Notes under the pieces: generated by a model
Database searches by the model: none
What the model saw: the letters and a program-made list of their open reading frames with translations, nothing else
What the model was told of the DNA's origin: nothing
Shown: positions 63,415 to 64,000 of the stretch, piece by piece
Layout of the letters: every line of letters begins with the position of its first letter
Numbering within the stretch: position 1 is the first letter of the stretch
Assembly (NCBI GenBank): GCA_050250435.1
Contig: JBFWOR010000011.1
Span: forward strand, 41,561 to 105,560
Source: Pirellulales bacterium
Lineage (GTDB): Bacteria > Planctomycetota > Planctomycetia > Pirellulales > PALSA-1355
Reading direction: 5' to 3'
DNA length: 64,000 nt
Translations under genes and position numbers: made by a program

Positions 63415-63758
63415 CGAACCCGCCGCGGCCCCGCTGGCAGCGGCCGCTTGCCAGCAATCGCGTTGCCAGCGTCCCGCCAGCGTGCCAGCACGGCGTCGGA
63501 TGGGCGCGTGCGGCTGCTGAACTCCTTTCCCATCAAGCGCTTTAGCGCCGCGGTGGCGCCCCTCTGGCCGGTGTGAAACTTTGCGGGTTTTTCCGGTTGT
63601 AGCGGAAATTCCCGCAAGGCACGTTGTGCCGGTGCCGATATCTAGGCAAGACCCGGCGGCTTTGCGCTGCCGACGGACCCCTTTTTGCGCGTCGGGCACC
63701 CGCCCGCCCCGGCAATGGGTCCGCCAGAGCGTGCATTCACTGGAGACGAGGGAAGGAC

Positions 63759-64000
63759 ATGAAGATCGTTACTCGCACGAGCATCATGCTGGTTGCCTCA
63801 CTGGCTTGCCTGGTCGTGCCCGCGGCGCAAGCGGCCGGCCAAACGGTCTCGAGAAGTCAACGCGACATGCGGATGGCGGCCCATCCCGACGCGCGCAGTC
63901 GTGTGAGCACCCGGACCGCCGCTCAGGTGCCGCCTCCCGCCGCGCAAGCGGCGCCGCAAACGGCTGGGCCGGAGTCCGTCTCGGCGCCCTCGCCGATGAT
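63759..64000 (+). CDS. Secreted hypothetical protein, N-terminal fragment (runs off window end)
   Basis: ATG at 63759 after GAGGGAAGGAC. MKIVTRTSIMLVASLACLVVPAAQAAGQ is a signal peptide. The frame is still open at 64000. Confidence 0.55.
   Translation, partial: MKIVTRTSIMLVASLACLVVPAAQAAGQTVSRSQRDMRMAAHPDARSRVSTRTAAQVPPPAAQAAPQTAGPESVSAPSPM

Overview
High-GC window (hand counts of 60-nt lines give about 65-67% G+C in core genes). It looks like a Planctomycetota chromosome: two DUF1559/H-X9-DG prepilin-like proteins, a DUF1501 protein, four PEP-CTERM-type cargo proteins, an MfnB (DUF556) homolog and many GGGGAC..GTCCCC hairpin repeats. About 60 CDS are supported. Housekeeping genes: typA (partial), rnd, glpD, glpK, rho, uvrB, nadC, nagA, mfnB and a comEA-like gene. 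There is one tRNA-Ser(GGA)-like gene with an aberrant D-arm. Two degraded rve-type integrase remnants bracket a PEP-CTERM gene pair. A tRNA-adjacent accessory stretch (24.0-28.5 kb) holds a low-GC islet. The main feature is a co-directional cluster of about 16 kb (44.6-60.9 kb) encoding a type IV filament / T2SS-like machine. It has four pilin-like proteins (one of 607 aa), PilM/N/O, a PilP-position protein, a secretin, a TPR lipoprotein, a GspE/PilB-type ATPase and a GspF/PilC platform. A histidine kinase, a single-domain receiver and a STAS protein sit between the secretin module and the ATPase. A dCache-Ser/Thr kinase follows immediately. No major pilin, prepilin peptidase or retraction ATPase is present in cis. 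Two tandem DUF1559 (GspG-like N-terminus) plus coupled-lipoprotein cassettes lie 8-11 kb upstream and are candidate subunits or cargo. All calls come from reading the sequence and the ORF track. No database search was run. Many long ORFs in the track are antisense GC artefacts and were rejected.
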